Of a DNA stretch of 64,000 nt, positions 1 through 15,100 are shown piece after piece. Every line of letters starts with the position of its first letter. Positions within the stretch are counted from its first letter, which is position 1. The stretch comes from Raillietiella orientalis (Eukaryota): NCBI GenBank assembly GCA_036172245.1, contig JAYWIR010000007.1:1488001-1552000 (forward strand), written 5' to 3'. The translations under genes and the position numbers were made by a program. Below the pieces are notes generated by a model. It saw nothing but the letters and a program-made list of their open reading frames with translations, had not been told where the DNA came from and did no database searches.

Positions 1-2960
1 GTTACTCCGAACGAATTGCAAATGAGAACCTGCAAATGTCGGTGCTGGGACGCGTATCGACAAGCTATAAACAACAGGAAATGCAATAACGCACACAAAA
101 GAACAAGAAAGTAAATGAAACAACTTACTGTTCTGATCTGTATTCGTTTTTCCTACTTGAGCTGCGCTATCGCTTTCGAACCGGGTTTTCCTTCTGGGGT
201 AAGAAAAATGTGTTGAAATCACACAGAAACAGAAAATTTATCGTAATCTCGTCCGTAATCCCATTTTTGAACACGCTCTTCCGTTAGTATGATTTGTAGC
301 ATGCTATTACGATGACCAAAGGGCATCCCACAAGACTATTACCACATCCACTCGGATGCAAACGCATTTCCCTGCCAAAGTTCCCACTTTAGAAATCAGG
401 GTGTCGATTACTCTCGCACTGCAGCATCTTCCGTCTATGTCTACGCCTAATAAGTGACGGATGAACTCTGGACTCGATTGAGCAAAACGCATTGTGACAT
501 GCCCTTGTGTTTCAAGATCGCCTATCAGCACAGACTGCTTTGCAGTTTGTTCCAAAGATTTAACATCTCCAACGTAAAGCAGCTGAGGTGAATTCGACCG
601 CGTTTTGAAAGCATTTCCCAGTATGTCTTCTTACCAAACGAGCGGATCCGCATCCCTCCAACAGTCCACAGTCTTTAGAGTGTGCACTGTTAGAGGAACG
701 AGTGATGTAAGTCTTAAGAATGGAAGCAGCAGCTCAAAATCTTGACTGCTCGATAATCCTTACAACTTTCGCTCAACCTGCAGGACCATCGAGAAGGAAT
801 TCGGTGGTGGAAAACAAAGGAATCAGAAGTTATGATGAAAACCGCGATCCCAAGAGTTGGACAGTGAACTGAACCAGGAAGGTATGAAGCTGGGGGACTG
901 TACAATATCAGCGCAACTAATGATCCATCAGAAAGGTATAAACAGCTGTTTTGATATACCCGAATACGAACGTTCTGAATCGGAAGTAACGTTTTTTTTC
1001 TTTTTTCCTTTCGTCCAAGAACAAACAAAAGCAGAGCACCTCAAGTTTTGCTCTTCTAATCTTTGCGCTACCACGCCCTTGACTAAGCATTATAAGAGAA
1101 AGGAAAATCATGGAATGCTTACCAGCTCTGACACCAGTGCTCTAACATGCCATACAAATTGAAGGCACCAGAAATGCCCGATCCATTAAAAATTTCAAGG
1201 GAAGAATTTCATGCTAGCACTGGATGGTGCCCTCAACGTTCGAGTATATGTCGAGGGCACCACCCAATGCCCTGGCACCGACTCGGAAATGCTCTGGCAC
1301 TGAAGCAAGAAACTCTTGCTCAGAAGGTGTCTATAGATTATGCAATGCAGCAAGTATTTACCCGATGCCTTCTAATGCCATGCTATTGGATTACAGAGGC
1401 AACAGATACAGCACACACACGAAATGTGGGAAAAGCTTCGTTGTTCGATTTGCCAGTTAAAGCAACACTGCAAATGGGGAAAGAGCTGAAGCCTTTTTGC
1501 GACAAATGCAAGATGTTACATATCCGAAGACGAAAAATTCATTACTATATTGGAGAGTACTCCTAAAAAAAATTCCAGATAAGATAGTTATAGGGATAGT
1601 TACGAGATTTTCTGACAGAGATTCATTTTCACATTCATTTCAACCGTCGTCATTTTTGCATAGTATGATAAAGAGTACTGATTGGTGCTCTTTTACAGGA
1701 GGAAGAGGTATGCTAGTTGTGGACGTGTCTATGGAACTCCTCTAAGTGTTTTAGCTAGCAGGAATGAACTCAGTGTCCATACGGATTAGCATGAATTCAG
1801 AGTCACAACGATGTGATAATAAAAAAGCCTTTTAGGGATAATTTTCGGAGATATTCCCAATGGCTTGCGATTCGATTTGCGATTATGCCCTGAAAACGAG
1901 CGAGGGAAAAAAATCTTCACGTCTTTTCTAATGGATGCTTAAATCCTGAAAAACACAGCTTGCTCATGAAGCATCCATCAGAAAAGTAATCCATAAAAAA
2001 AATATCTATGATAAAAATAAGAATAATGTAGAGGCGATGTAGAGCATAAGTATAGGACATGAACGTCTATTCACGTGCTTATGAATTTGTTGTATGTAAC
2101 ATGCATATGCATGACTTTATGCCACTGTCAAGCAAAAAAGAAAATGCGATTTGGAGGGCGAGAGAATCACCGATAAAAGTTAGCCAATTTGGGTGATAAA
2201 GACCCGTATCTACTTAGCGAAAATCTGCCAGAACGAGAGGCATTCATTTCAGTGGAAAGCAGAAAGAAAATTTCTTATGGTTAGCATGAAAAGCCAGCGT
2301 GAAATGTCCAGCATTAATTAGTGACCAAAGTCACAAGAAAAACATTTATTACAGCAAAGGAGCCACACGCGAGTTCCAAAATGCATACTTACGCTTAAAG
2401 TATCATCGCCTAATGCAGAGTCATCTTGTCTACGTTGACCAGGGTCAGGTACGATAAAAACGTCGGAATAAAAGTAGACGTGAAATGGATGCGTTTCAAG
2501 AATTACTCTAAAAGGGAAAATGCATAAAAAGTCAAAGGAAATAATAAAGGAACACAACCCTGTATAACATGGTATACGCATTAAATTTCAATACAGATCA
2601 TTGTGAAATGCTCGGTACAAAAAACAGTTTGAATGCAAAAAGCAACGGTGCTATGCAAGCGCACGACGTTCACACAAAGCTCCGGATCCAGCTAAACTCA
2701 ACATAATGCTTGTCTTCACCTTAATGAATGGGGATCGAAAAAATACCAATTCAAACCAAGACGCTAGAGCACTGCATCTGGGGGAAAAAAAAAAAAAATG
2801 GGTGGCGAAGGAACTGGAAGGAACCGCCGCAAACGTGCCTGTTTTCATCTTGTCCTCCCAAATAATCAGGAACTGCCTCCTTCCTTCCTGGCATCCGAAG
2901 TAGCAACCGTAAGAAGGTGCGAAACCGTTTCCGAAGAATCATTGAGCAGTCAATAAAGTA
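1..2960 (-). CDS. Multi-exon protein-coding gene, product unknown (runs off the window start; upstream limit uncertain)
   Basis: Minus-strand GTAAG donors at 128, 634, 763, 1122 and 2391. Exons 777-764, 686-635 and 582 downward join in phase: VERKFAHSKDCGLLEGCGSARLLLYVGDVKSLEQTAKQSVLIGDLETQGHVTMRF. One intron ends in CTAACAG. Confidence 0.6.
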
Positions 2961-3699
2961 TGCCGTTCTCGCACATAGCGATGCGCGGGTGCACATTTCA
3001 GATGCAAAAACCGATTCCTGTGTGTCTCTCCATGCACTTCTGCACCTCTATCAAAATCGCTACCGAAGACAACTGACCACACAGCGAGCGAGTTTCCCTG
3101 ATTTCCTCCCCCCTTCCCCCCCCCACACTTTTTTTTTTTTTTTTGTTGAAAACACGTTTCAAAAGCCAGGCAAGAACAGCAAAAAAAGTATGTTTATGTG
3201 TGAATGTTATGTCGAATATTCTTCTTCATGGTATGACTGTGCAAAGAGAATATACGTTGGGTGTGCATCCCTATACCAATCAATTGCTTTCATCTACTCT
3301 ATGGAACAATGGAATCTTCTTGGAACAGTATCCAGTTATGTACTGGGAGCAATCTCCAATTCCAAAAGTATGAAATTTCAAATGCAAGTTAGAGAGCTCA
3401 TTCTAAACTAGCGACTTGCAGCATTTCAGATCTCAAACTGACTGATCAAATTCTCAAAATGGGAAGAACCATCATCATCACAACGATTCTTAAGTCACCG
3501 CTTGCGATGTTCACCATGTTTTCCGCTTCAAGCCATTAGTCACAGGACGAGAATTACGTATCGGCGAAGGTGCTGAATACAGTTCATCTCCTAAAGCAAA
3601 TTATCTGTATTGTACATCGTTGCTCTTCATTTTGTATCAATGTGATCTCTTTTCCGTCGCTCTTGCTTACAAAGCATCTCTTGAAGAAATTGTAAATCT

Positions 3700-6600
3700 T
3701 TACGCATCATCGGGAGAAAAAAAAAAAAAAAAAAAGGCATCTTGCACAGTGTCGATTCTGATCGAAAAAGTTCTCGAGGACAAGTGAGGATATTTTTGCA
3801 GATAATAAAATAAATTGTGCGTACAAGAAGCGAATGCTTTCATCATGATGTGATGCTCGCAATGCCATGCGCCCGAGCATTTCATTCTCCTAATAGCAAA
3901 AAGGAAATTAACATATTTTTTTTATACAAACTCCGTCCACCTCGTTGAAGATGAGAAACCTTCCTGCCACGGACGAGAACGAAAAGGAAATTGGCGAAAG
4001 GAAATTCGTTTGACTTATAATGGGGGATCTTAGCTGTCTTCACATTCGTAAAAAGCGTTCGCAGTGTGCGATTTAGATAACTCATACTGAAAATCTGAAT
4101 GTCTTTTACTCACTTCGGATCGTATTTCAGAAAAGACGGAAACCTTCCGAGGCATCTTTATCATACAAAGAGCTTCCAGCTCGAGAAAACAAAGAAATCC
4201 GTATGGGGGGGACTTTGTAAGAGGACTGAGGACAGTGCAAAAAGCAAATTGCAAGAGGACAGTAGCTTTCAAAAAATGCTGATGGGTGGTAATTACAGAT
4301 TTGGATTTTAAACGAATATCGGACAAATTCAAACTTCGAACTTGCAGTGAACGATGTTCTAAGGGTGTTTATGGTCTTCACTCAAGCATCGGTTCCAGTT
4401 GCCCACGGCATTACTGATGCGCTTCGTCTTTTGCCAGCTAAAGGATATTTGCAGCTCAGAAAAGAATCACGAAGACTCGATATGACCGTTCTTCATTTTA
4501 GCTCTCTTCCAAATCCAAGGAAATGCTTGTTAAAATATCCATAAATTCTGCTATTCCGTTCTACATAATGCAGAGCGTTAACAACACAGTTCCAACATGT
4601 CTCTTTAGAAGAACATAATTACTTTTTGAGTTTAGAACTCTTCAGGAGCTAAGCATTCAAAATACTTTAAATACAAACTTCTTTCCGTTTCGTTTGCTGA
4701 AATAATGATCAAAAAAAAAAAAAAAATCCGTGCATTTTGAAATATTATTTCCGAATAAAAACAATCATTATGAACGATTACTGTTATACTCTCTTGCAGT
4801 TGTGGGTCTAAGACTCCGAAAGATATTAAAAAGAGAACCGATATAGTAAATGCGCGGGATAGCTCAGATGTTTTCGTTCTCTTTCTAAATTGCTCCTATG
4901 CTTGCCTTTCATCCCACAGTGATTCGGGCTTTCATAAAAAAAACTTTTCGAGTATTCCTCAGTACTCCTCCTTCAGCCGCTCGCTCCTCTTTTCCTGGCA
5001 ATGCATTTCTTCGAAGGTTTCCTCGGGTATTTACTCTTACGATAATTTCGAATTTGTCATCATCAATGATTTCTTCTACTTCCACTCCTATTCCTTCGCT
5101 GCATTCTAGCCGTCGAAGTCTTCCTTTCCATCGGTTGCATTGCCAGAAGAAGTCTTTGCTACGTCATTTAAATGTCCTTTGCATCGTTATTTATGTGATC
5201 CATATTTTTTTGTTTAACAAGTTGAACTCGAGGGCTGATTCCTGATTTTTTTATCTGCATGTCCCCTCCCCTCCAAGAAAAGTAAGTTTTCTGTATCCCA
5301 CGCAGCGCCGCCGAAATTCTCCTTTCGTCACTGACCAAAAAACAACGACACTAATTGGTGTTACTTTATTGGCAATTAAATTGTCGTTTCGTTTGGTGCA
5401 TACTGTTTTAAAGGCTCATTAGCCCCAACTACAGCGCTTGAAACGATTATTTTGCTATCAGTGGAAAGAAGCAAAAGCTTTTGCTTTGCACCAGCATGTT
5501 CCAACATTTGGACTTTCTTCCGTCTTTGAGAAATCTCGCTCCGTTTCACTGGAAGATTCGAATGCTTTCTGAAGTCACTGCATCGTATCCGGAGAGTGTT
5601 TTTTTTTTTTTTTTTTTTTTTTTCAAATCATGGAAACACCTTGCTTCCGTCGCAAGGCAAGATGGTGCACGAAATGACTCGAATCAGAGTTTCGTTCAAG
5701 AGAGCAAACTTCACCCGACTCACCCCGAAGATGGAATGGGATTCGGACAAGAGCGAAGTGGGAAGCTGTGATGATTTCACCCCACAAACCGCTGAAACAG
5801 TACTTGAAGGAAAGTAAGGAATAGTTTTCCATGAGCATTATCCAAGTGAAAGAGGCCCAAATAAATGTGAGTGACAACCTCTCCCTCTGGAATTTACAAG
5901 TTTCGTTGCATTAAGCTGTTGGCAGGATCCCCCTTTGTTTTTAATGCGCCAAGCATATTACAGAAACTGTTGACATTTCGGGCTCCGTGTTTGAATTTAA
6001 TGCGTGAGGTCTCCGTATCGATAAGCACTAAGAGAGAAAACGAAGATTTGATGACCGAATCGATGTAGTTGACTGATATCTGATGTAAGAGACTATCATC
6101 CCAGATGTTTCCTTGATGAGTGTCTGCTGTCAACATCCAGCTGAATGCAAACGCCTCGACGTAACCATCGGTTGTCACCGAACAGGAAATGATTTCAACC
6201 AATATTTCTGGTTTCGTTTGTATATCTCGAGATGCCAACTTAAGCACTTTATATATACACATGGAATCAAGCTCAGTTTTTCATCCCAGGAGTGCAGTCA
6301 AGAGATGGACTGCACTGCGCCTTGAACAGAAATGAAATACGAAACCCTGGAGCATTTCAGACTTGCTGTTCAGAATACTCCTCTCTAAAGGGTGGTCCGT
6401 GAAAACGCAATTCTTCGTAACATAAACAAGGATTTGCAATGCAGGAACAAACTGGTCAATAACAGCTTAGCCACCATCTTTGTCTCCAATATCAACTGAG
6501 AAAATGACCTTGTGGACCGTACAAACAGATTTCGGCGCTAACCAAGTAGAAGGCCACAGAATTCCCGAAAGCTCCGTTCTTCCTCCTTTCCTCAGACGCT

Positions 6601-8300
6601 CGTTCTTGACTAAGAATCACACCAGGTGCGAGCCTTTGTCCGTGACTTGCAGACATTTAGGAAATTTAGAATTCTTCGCCTCTGTGTATGATGTTGAACG
6701 GAAGACAACGAAGGATGCTTTAAACGGAACAGAACAAGAGTGTCATCCGCTAGGAGTTTTTCAATGTATCCATGATCATCACAAGCTTTGAGATTTCGCG
6801 CACGTTGACGCTCAAGTAGCTTACGAACCGGTCAAATTAGAAACTTCAGCTTTTGATTTCCCTAAGTTTGCCTAATCTGCCAGAAATTACCATTACTGAT
6901 CAGTTTCCTTCCAAAAAAAAATTAACAGTTTTTTCTTCTTCGATACTTCAGATAGAATGCAAGGATTTAAGTATGTCATGGCAATGACTTACCAGGTGCT
7001 ATCCTTTATACACGTAATCCGAATGTAACAAAACATTAGGGAAGAGAAATAGCGTTTCATAGAATAGGCTAGAATCCGAAGAGAGAAAAAAGAGCTGGCA
7101 GCTAGTCATAAACAAGGACATACGGGAGTTGCATGGCAAAATGTTTCTAATATGCCATTTCGTTTCTGTAAACGATACATACAATTCGCAAACGTATGCC
7201 TCCTCACTATAAAATTGGATTTAATTTCTGCCTCTCCAATGTGGTTCGATTTGCGATTTTTCCGTAAAGAAAGGAAATTGCAAGCTTTCGTTTTCTTTTT
7301 GTAGTTTTTTCCTCTTTCGTGTGAAATAATTATTTAAGATTCGCTACCACTGTCTACTATCAACGTCTGACGCTATTTTACCATAATTCCCCAAATTATT
7401 ACTATTCTATCGACTGCTTGCCATTTTCTATTTCGAAAGGTGTAGTGTAGATTGTGTATCTCATCTGGGGAGAGAAGACGTGAAATTGCAACAGATCCAT
7501 TTTGATCGTATTCTATGCTCGTCCCGCTTACTGTAAGCAGGGAATCAAACAACGCATCATGATTTCCGAAAAATGCTCTTAAGCTGAAAAGCATCTCGAA
7601 GGACGGTCTATTTTCCAACCTCATTGAGTCACAACGTTCAATTTAGATACAATTAATGTTCCAAAAGTTTGCTGGCCCGTGTCATCCGGTTAGCCCCCAC
7701 AGGAAAACCAGCAATGCTGAAGGAGCTCGAGTCCCATTTCCAATAAACCCAAGACGTAAGAGAAATCACGACTGAAATTAATGATTTTCATGAACTGCTT
7801 GCAGATATAGTGCGATTCGAAACGTACATAAGAAACAGTACATTCGTACATACACACATAAGAAGATCGCTTGCTTTGAATTTATTGAATTTATGCAGCT
7901 GTTACTCAAATCCTTTCATTCATCTCAAAGTCCTATTATTTTTATTTATCGAATTCTCTGCTGCTATTTACATGCTTAACTGCTGTGTGGCAAACCTATT
8001 TACCAAACAGCAATCGCCATAAAAATGTATCACTGCTATTTAAATGTAATGTTTATTGGGTCGCATCGAACGAAAGTTTACCGTGACCTACATGAAGATC
8101 CATTTCAAGCTTTTTCCTGAAGCAAAGATGCCATTCGCAGCACGGAATAAAAATCAAACAGTTCTGATGAAGAAGGATGAATTGTAAACTGTCAGATAAC
8201 AAGAAATGACGTGATTTGGGATGAAAGCAACGCAAGGAACTCTTCAGAAATCACAATTTGGAACTGCTTACACAATGGCTGCACATCACTTTATACGATC
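3700..8300 (-). CDS. Probable multi-exon gene, product unknown, limits uncertain
   Basis: The 122-codon ORF 6262-5894 ends in a GTAAAT donor at 5897. A 106-nt intron to TTTCAG (5792) joins it in phase to ORF 5877-5623 (RNFGLWGEIITASHFALVRIP). Further stop-free minus stretches lie at about 5160-4910 and 4085-3882. Confidence 0.45.
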
Positions 8301-9499
8301 ATTCAATCAGATGAATGCATGCCAGTTCAAGTTTGTTCCATGCCATCATCTACATGATCATTGCGTGGCTGCAGTTTCCTATCTAAATGTCCAGAAATCA
8401 CACACGTAAGAGTGTTCGGGGAAAGAGCTTTATTATTCACATAACATTATTTGCATTTAAGGCACAACATGAATTCCCTCGAAAGGAAACTCCTTATTTA
8501 GGAAAATGCATCCTGTTGCAATCATCCCGTTAATAAGCAGTCTACATGATCTTTACACTCTCACACACGTAATATGCATCGACACACGTCATCGCTCAAT
8601 CGATATACATATGCAGTGCATTCTCATGCGTTATGACTGTTGTGAATATTCATTACCATATTGCATGAATTCAAGAAAACACAAAACTCATGCGATACGA
8701 CTTCACACACTTCAGTGATAATTCACAGCTTCACAGCCTAAAACTCAGGGAGTCATACACATATATATGCAAAGTACACCTAAGGAAACATAACATGTGC
8801 CACGCCAAGGTAATTGCTTGCCGTTATTTGCAGCGGTTCCATCTGATAATGCGTTTTTCATATTCGGTAGAATAGCCATTTGGAGTAATCACACAATATT
8901 ACGTCATGAATACCGTACTGATGCTTTAAAAAAGTCATGCCCTATAATGGACAAGGACTTTTCTGCATGATTCCATGATTTGGTCTCCGATGCAACACAT
9001 TGTGGTAATCGGATGGGAATAATCAATAAACAAAAATCAGTAAACAAAAGAAACTTCAGTTAGGAAGTAGAACGCCACGAATGGTCGTAAAGTCTATTAG
9101 AATCTCCACGAACAGAGTCCTTCTAGCGCCGCGATTTCCTTGAGGCTTAGCACCTTCTCTTCACTAAACCATCTTTCTTTCATCTCTTATAAACCGAAAA
9201 AAAAAAAGGGGGGGTGGTGGGGAGGGGAATGGGAAAGTAACGTCTAGAGTATGTTGTGCTGTTCACCAGCATCCCACTTCAATAAATGAATGCAATACAT
9301 TCAAGTGACAAAGAATTGAGTTTTTGTCACCGAAATTCAAGGACCTCGAAGCCAATTATCCTTTCGTTTCATTCTGACGTTTTTTTTCCCCTTTTCCTCT
9401 CTCGTAGATACATACGTTTGTTTGTTTACTAAGAAAGTCATTCGGCCTGAATGATAAAAAGATTTTACATAATTCAGAAGCAAAATCGAAACTGTCTGA

Positions 9500-10200
9500 T
9501 TTTAAAAGTAAGCAGGACTTTTGTTTTTTGTTTTTGTTTTACGGAGAATCTCATTTACTTCTGTGTGCCGCTGCTCACAACGCTCTCGTCCAGAGATTCG
9601 AAATTCCTGAGCAACTCGCTCGAAAGGATGACACAGAAAGAAGATCTGCAAATCGTCGATGATCTTCAAGATGAACCCTGCATGATTAAACAGCAGACTT
9701 GCGATCCTTCTTGTAAATGCCAGCAATAGCTCGCAAGGTGAGGCTGTGAACAAAACTCGGACTGATCCTACGCCTCCCTTCCATCGCGAAAGGGCTGCTT
9801 CCTAGTCGGGAAAGTAGCCTGCAAGTGCCCTGCTACCAGGTCATCAGAAAGTTCTTCAAACGCAGAACACAGACAGAAAGGCAACCTGGAAAGCTTCTAT
9901 TTACCACCATTCCAGTCTAGAAATAGTTTTAGCAACACCTCCAGAAATGCTCTTCAGCTGGTAAACAGAAAGAATTCCGCCCAAGACATACGCTTTTTCC
10001 ATGCCTTCCGCTTCTCACCCCTTATCCTCCCCTTCCACCCATCTTCCAAACAGCAGGAGATAACCCAAAGAAAACAACTCGGATTTTCACTCCAGAGTTT
10101 CGTTTGGATTTCTGACAGGAGTTTTCGGGCGGCAAAGCAGCATATCGAAAAACACGATTGCATCAGTTCAGAAGAGCTATCGTTTCTAAACATGACCAGC
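9500..10200 (-). CDS. Probable exons of an unidentified gene
   Basis: Minus ORFs 10193-9954 and 9753-9502 have pyrimidine-rich acceptors (TTTACCAG, TTCACAG) and GTAAAT donors. The reading frame is unresolved. Confidence 0.3.
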
Positions 10201-10697
10201 TGCCTTTTTCCACATCATGCGGCTGTACAACTGTACAAATGCGCGTGAAATCACAGAAATACGTGTGATTCATACATCGAGGTGTGGAGAACGCGAACGA
10301 TAACAGTGGGAGTCGTAAGATGAATTTCTCACGGACCGTTAACGTACGCAATTGCACGCTCCGAGCCATTCCAGTACCGCATTCCTGGAGCTCCAGACTG
10401 TAAACTCCGCATGCCATGAAGTACTATTTTGTACAGAACTAAATGGAAAAAGAAAAGAAGGAAAGCAGGAAAAAAAAAAAAGTACGAATGACATCATGCA
10501 AGTTATCACGAGGGATAATGCTGTTCCCACTTTGACATTCCTGAATTGACAACGGAAACGGGTAATTATGACGAAGCTCCAAATGGAGGAAGCTCAATGG
10601 GAAAGTTCTTTGGGGGAACTTTTAAGAATAAAAGATGCTTCAAGGTGAACTAGCGCCTAATAGAAGCTTTGCTCATAAGTTCCGTTTCCTCCCCCCA

Positions 10698-10699
<2 letters not shown>

Positions 10700-10734
<35 letters not shown>
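10700..10734. repeat. (TA)n microsatellite
   Basis: Perfect TA run read directly from the sequence. Confidence 0.95.
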
Positions 10735-10736
<2 letters not shown>

Positions 10737-12199
10737 AGGGGGACATATGTACGACTTGTTAAGGCAATTCCTCGATGAGCCCAGACCTCAGTACACCACG
10801 AAGCTTTCAGCAAAGGAAACGCTCGTCATTAATTACTACTGAGGTTTGAGAACCGGGTCGAAACTGGCGCCCGTACATTCCCTTCGATATCGAAACGCTT
10901 TTGGGCTTAAGGTATCTTTTCTGTACAAGTGGTACGACAAGGAGAACAAGCCAGATGTAAAACCACACAATCCTCGAAAAGTTTCAGGGAGTGCTTTCTT
11001 TCATTCCTCGAAACCTGACGCATAAATTCCACGGTAGGAAAATGGCGACGAGGTTACTGTGTTCTCCAGGAACCCGAGGAACGACAGCTTTTCGTTGTTC
11101 CTTCAACCATGCGAGGGGAGGAAAAATGAAAGCAAAATTCATCTCGGAATGGAGCAACAGACTGCAGCCAAGGGAGGATGGAAAACAACCGGTCGATCTT
11201 CGCGATATGAGATGACAGTACACGAACCTGAATTCAATCAAGAATGAGGAATTTGTTTCGGAAGTAATGGGCACGAACATTTCGAGTGGCATTTGTCTCA
11301 TTGCCACTGCTGTTATGCTTGATTGATTTTCAAACAGTGGTCAGGAGACAGTTACTTGAGAATCGACATGTGTTTGGGAAATGATGCTTCAAAAGAAGCA
11401 AGCTGCCAATTGGGAACACACTCTCCATCGAAAGATGGCTGAAGACTGTTTCATGAAGGTGAACGAGCCAAAAAGTTCTCGTGGATCCACTGAAATGTAT
11501 TCGTAGGGAGGCACATTGGTAGCTATTTATCTGGTGTAACAAAGGATGTTCTCATGGCTTGAAGCTGTGGGTGACTTTTCTTTCCATAAGGATTTATTAG
11601 ATAGTAATTTCACGCGCTAATGTAAAATAGTGAAAAGTATGCAACGAGATGAAAGAGAGCATCCATGATCTTCTACATCAAATGAGGATAAACGCTAATG
11701 GATACCAAACACGTTGATATGAACCCGATACATAGAACTGCTGTTAAACGTTGGCACGATCGAATCGTATTTTACCTACGGACACACTGCTCTCAGGTAA
11801 TGGCTAGGGGTTCCGTTGAAGATGAAGTTTGCTACACATATAAGAAAACATGCCATCGGCAGGATTCAATGGACCTCTGCAGTCCCAAAGAGAGAGAGAG
11901 CAGTTCAGACACGAGACCAACATGCAAAAACTCAAAAATGGAATACAGAATTCCGTGAAAGGAACTTTACCGGACTTCTGAGAAGTGTGAAGCTCGGTTG
12001 CCGATGGCTTGAGGTTGCGCTGAGACTCGAGACCAAAAAAAATCACGAGCCTCGATCAAAGGCTGCAGGTCATTTTTGATTAATGCTTCTCCTAAGTCTA
12101 TTGAATTTAATTTGAAAATCGTAAAAGTCAAGCAATCACGCAGAAAGCGAACAGATCATCCGAAGACGAATTTTCCAGCATCACAATAGAAAGGTAAAG

Positions 12200-15100
12200 T
12201 TAGTTTTGGCTGCGAGAAAAGCCATCTCTTATTCAAATGACCCGCTGTATCCTTTGTCAAGTAGCGCTGCGGGCACAAATACAGTCTATACACATGACAC
12301 ACATTGCGGTAATACGCTGCATCATCTTCAGAAAAATTGTACAAACAATTTTTCCTAAAGATGCAGTCGCTGAAAGCAGCTCTTCGGCAAGAGTGGGTTA
12401 AAAATAAGTGCACACACAGCCTCGAAAGATACACGCGTTTCGAACACGGTGAACACCGTTCACAAATGCAAGCGCCAATAAATCTGATCTAAAAGAGCTA
12501 ATATTTTTTTGGCTCTATATAAAAAGGCAATTAGAGAGAAGCAATTTTTCTTCTTCTTCTTCTTCCTTTTGACTGCTGGAACAGTTCGCTCTCGTTTAAG
12601 GGTCTGTTTCGTTGCAGGAAAGAACACGAAAAAAAGGAAAACCTCAAACACGATTTTTAAAAATATCCTTCCATATTCACTTCAGTCAATCATTTTGTTT
12701 CTCCGTACTCGAGGGATCATTTTTTAGGCTTCTTGTTTGCTTAAGCATCCGAAAGGACGCAAGCATCGTCCTCCACAAACACGCAAAAAAAAAAAAAAAA
12801 AAAAAGGAAAAAAAAAAAAAAAAAAAATTTGATTCTCTCTGACTTTTCGTGTTGGATGCTGCTTGCTTTCCTACAGCTGGGGAAGTCGCGTTTTTTCGGC
12901 AGGAATTTGCGCTTTTCCAAATCTCTTTGACGCTTCCGCTTTTGCGCGTGGTTCCAGAGCAGTGGCGCGCGGGCCCCAGTCGATTGCAATTCCTCCGCTT
13001 CATAAAGATCTCGCTGACTCAACCGACTGTGGTCTTCACATGAATCTTCAGAAAGCGGCTGAATAGACCATCCGAGAGCCGTGCGAATTCCATCCGAGCA
13101 GTAACGAAAGACTTGCCGTTGTTGGCTCGCTCCTTGAATGCAGCAGCATCCAGGGATGCTTCTGAAGTCATCATCCAAGTTCAAGGTTCGCGGTGGCTTA
13201 CCAAACGGTCAGGAAATCGCAAAGCCGGTCTCATCGTTTGACTTTCCCCTGCATCAGTTCTGTTCTTCTTCGGTGTTACAAATCACATGTGCTTCTTGAA
13301 AGCGGCTCTCAGCCCTTTCGCGGAGGGCACGTGAGGATGTTTTTTTTCGTTTTTTACGCAATTTCCGATACGAATGCTTTGCAGAACCTTTATGGAGGGC
13401 CAACACGATTTGTTATTTCCGGATTGGACAAAAAATAAACGACCGCTTCATTTATAATCATATAGCCTCGCCCAGCAATTCTGCTTCAGCAACATCACTC
13501 ACAAACATTCTGTCAAGTAGCTTCAAAACTCCCATTAACTGTCCCGGATCCTCTGTGCCGCTTCAAACCGCTCACATCATCTGCTGTTGTTTCGGAAGCG
13601 ACGCGAAGCAGATTTTCGTTGCTGCCTCTCTTTTTCGCTTGCGAGTGCTTCTGGCTGCTGCTGCTGCTGCTGCTGCCGCCTCCGTTGAGCACACTGCACG
13701 CTCGTGTCCGCTGCATTGCAATTTCAGTAGGTCCGGTGCTCGGCAACGAAGGCTCGCCGCCGTCTCACATGCGTCTCCATGTGTGGGGGAAAGGAAGTGT
13801 GTGTTTTGTCCAAGAGCCTCCCCATGCGAAGAGGTGGTGAAAAAGCGCGCAGAGTTCCCATTCCAGCGAGAATACGCTTCTTGGAGGAAAGAAAGAAAAT
13901 TCCGGTTGTTCTCGCTTGACGTGGAAACTTTTCACAGAATGAGAACGCAGCTACTTCTCGCTCTTGGGGAACGTCCAAGTTTTTTGATGCCACCGGTACG
14001 TTCCACCTCGCACCCTCGAATTTTTGCTCAGAAACTTATAACATGTGCGTTTTCCTCATTTCATCCGGGATCGCGCGAATCGGGCTCTACGGTTGGTTTT
14101 CACCGTTAATGGTTCAAAAGCTCTCGATGAGATCATACCAATTTATGATGTGGGAAGCATGCACAATTGGCACGCATAATACGAAGAGTTAACTGGTCGC
14201 TGTAAATAACAATTTTCTGCTTGGAACTATAGGTGCACCATGTAATTTGCTTGGGGAATGAGGAAGATGAGGAGGGGGGGGGAAGGTGAAGATTCCATAA
14301 ATGCTAAATTAGTCTTTTGTTCGTTAATATTCGCAGGAATGTTCCTGGGAAGTTCGAATGCAGGTTTGACCATTCTTGTTGGTAGGCAAGCATGTTTCGT
14401 TTTCTTCTTCTTCTGATTTTCGCCTTAGGTACTCTTGCGAAATCTATCTTCACGGTCTCTGGGGACACCGGGCAGAAGACAGAAAATGCCGACGCCAACT
14501 TTCGTGCGATGAAAAAAGCCTCAGTAGAAGTATTCATGATTTCGCATGTTTCCGTTTCATTTTCCTAGAAGGCACCCAGGATGGTCTTGTCCAATTCACA
14601 TTTCGTACTAGAGAAGAACCGTTTCGAAGCGAGGCAGACACTGCACGTATATGTGTCACTTTGCCGAAGGCTCGACCCGCTCCTCTACACTTGAAGTGTT
14701 CGATTCCAGCGTTTGATCTTCGTCGCGCTTGAAACACGTTTCCACGGAAAACATGTTTTCGTGGAATTCGGGAAAGCATAATGAAAATGGAACGCTTCCA
14801 CATCCCATATGGGAAGCAAAAGAAGAAAAAAACACACACACAGACAAAAAAAAAAAAAAAATGTTTTTTTTTTTTTTGTCGTGAAGGAACAAAAACAAAA
14901 TTACAAAGCTCGTGCAATCATTGCAGGTTGTTTTTTTGGAAGTCACCTTCCGATGATTTCGCAACACTTTCTGGACTTTATAGGATTTCTCGATAAAGCG
15001 TTTCACCATGTCACTGCGAATATCGCTGCTTTTTACGAAGCTTTCGGAGATGCCGAGTGCACGTTGAATTAGAAGCTCTAAAGACGTGAAGGAAATGCCG

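Noticed and set aside
1465..1560. KPFCDKCKM resembling ribosomal protein L36
   Set aside because: The C-terminal C...H ligands are missing, and the segment is antisense to an apparent intron (GTAACA...TTTGCAG) of the minus-strand gene.
12686..12850. Poly-Lys/poly-Phe ORFs
   Set aside because: These are translations of intronic or intergenic homopolymer runs.
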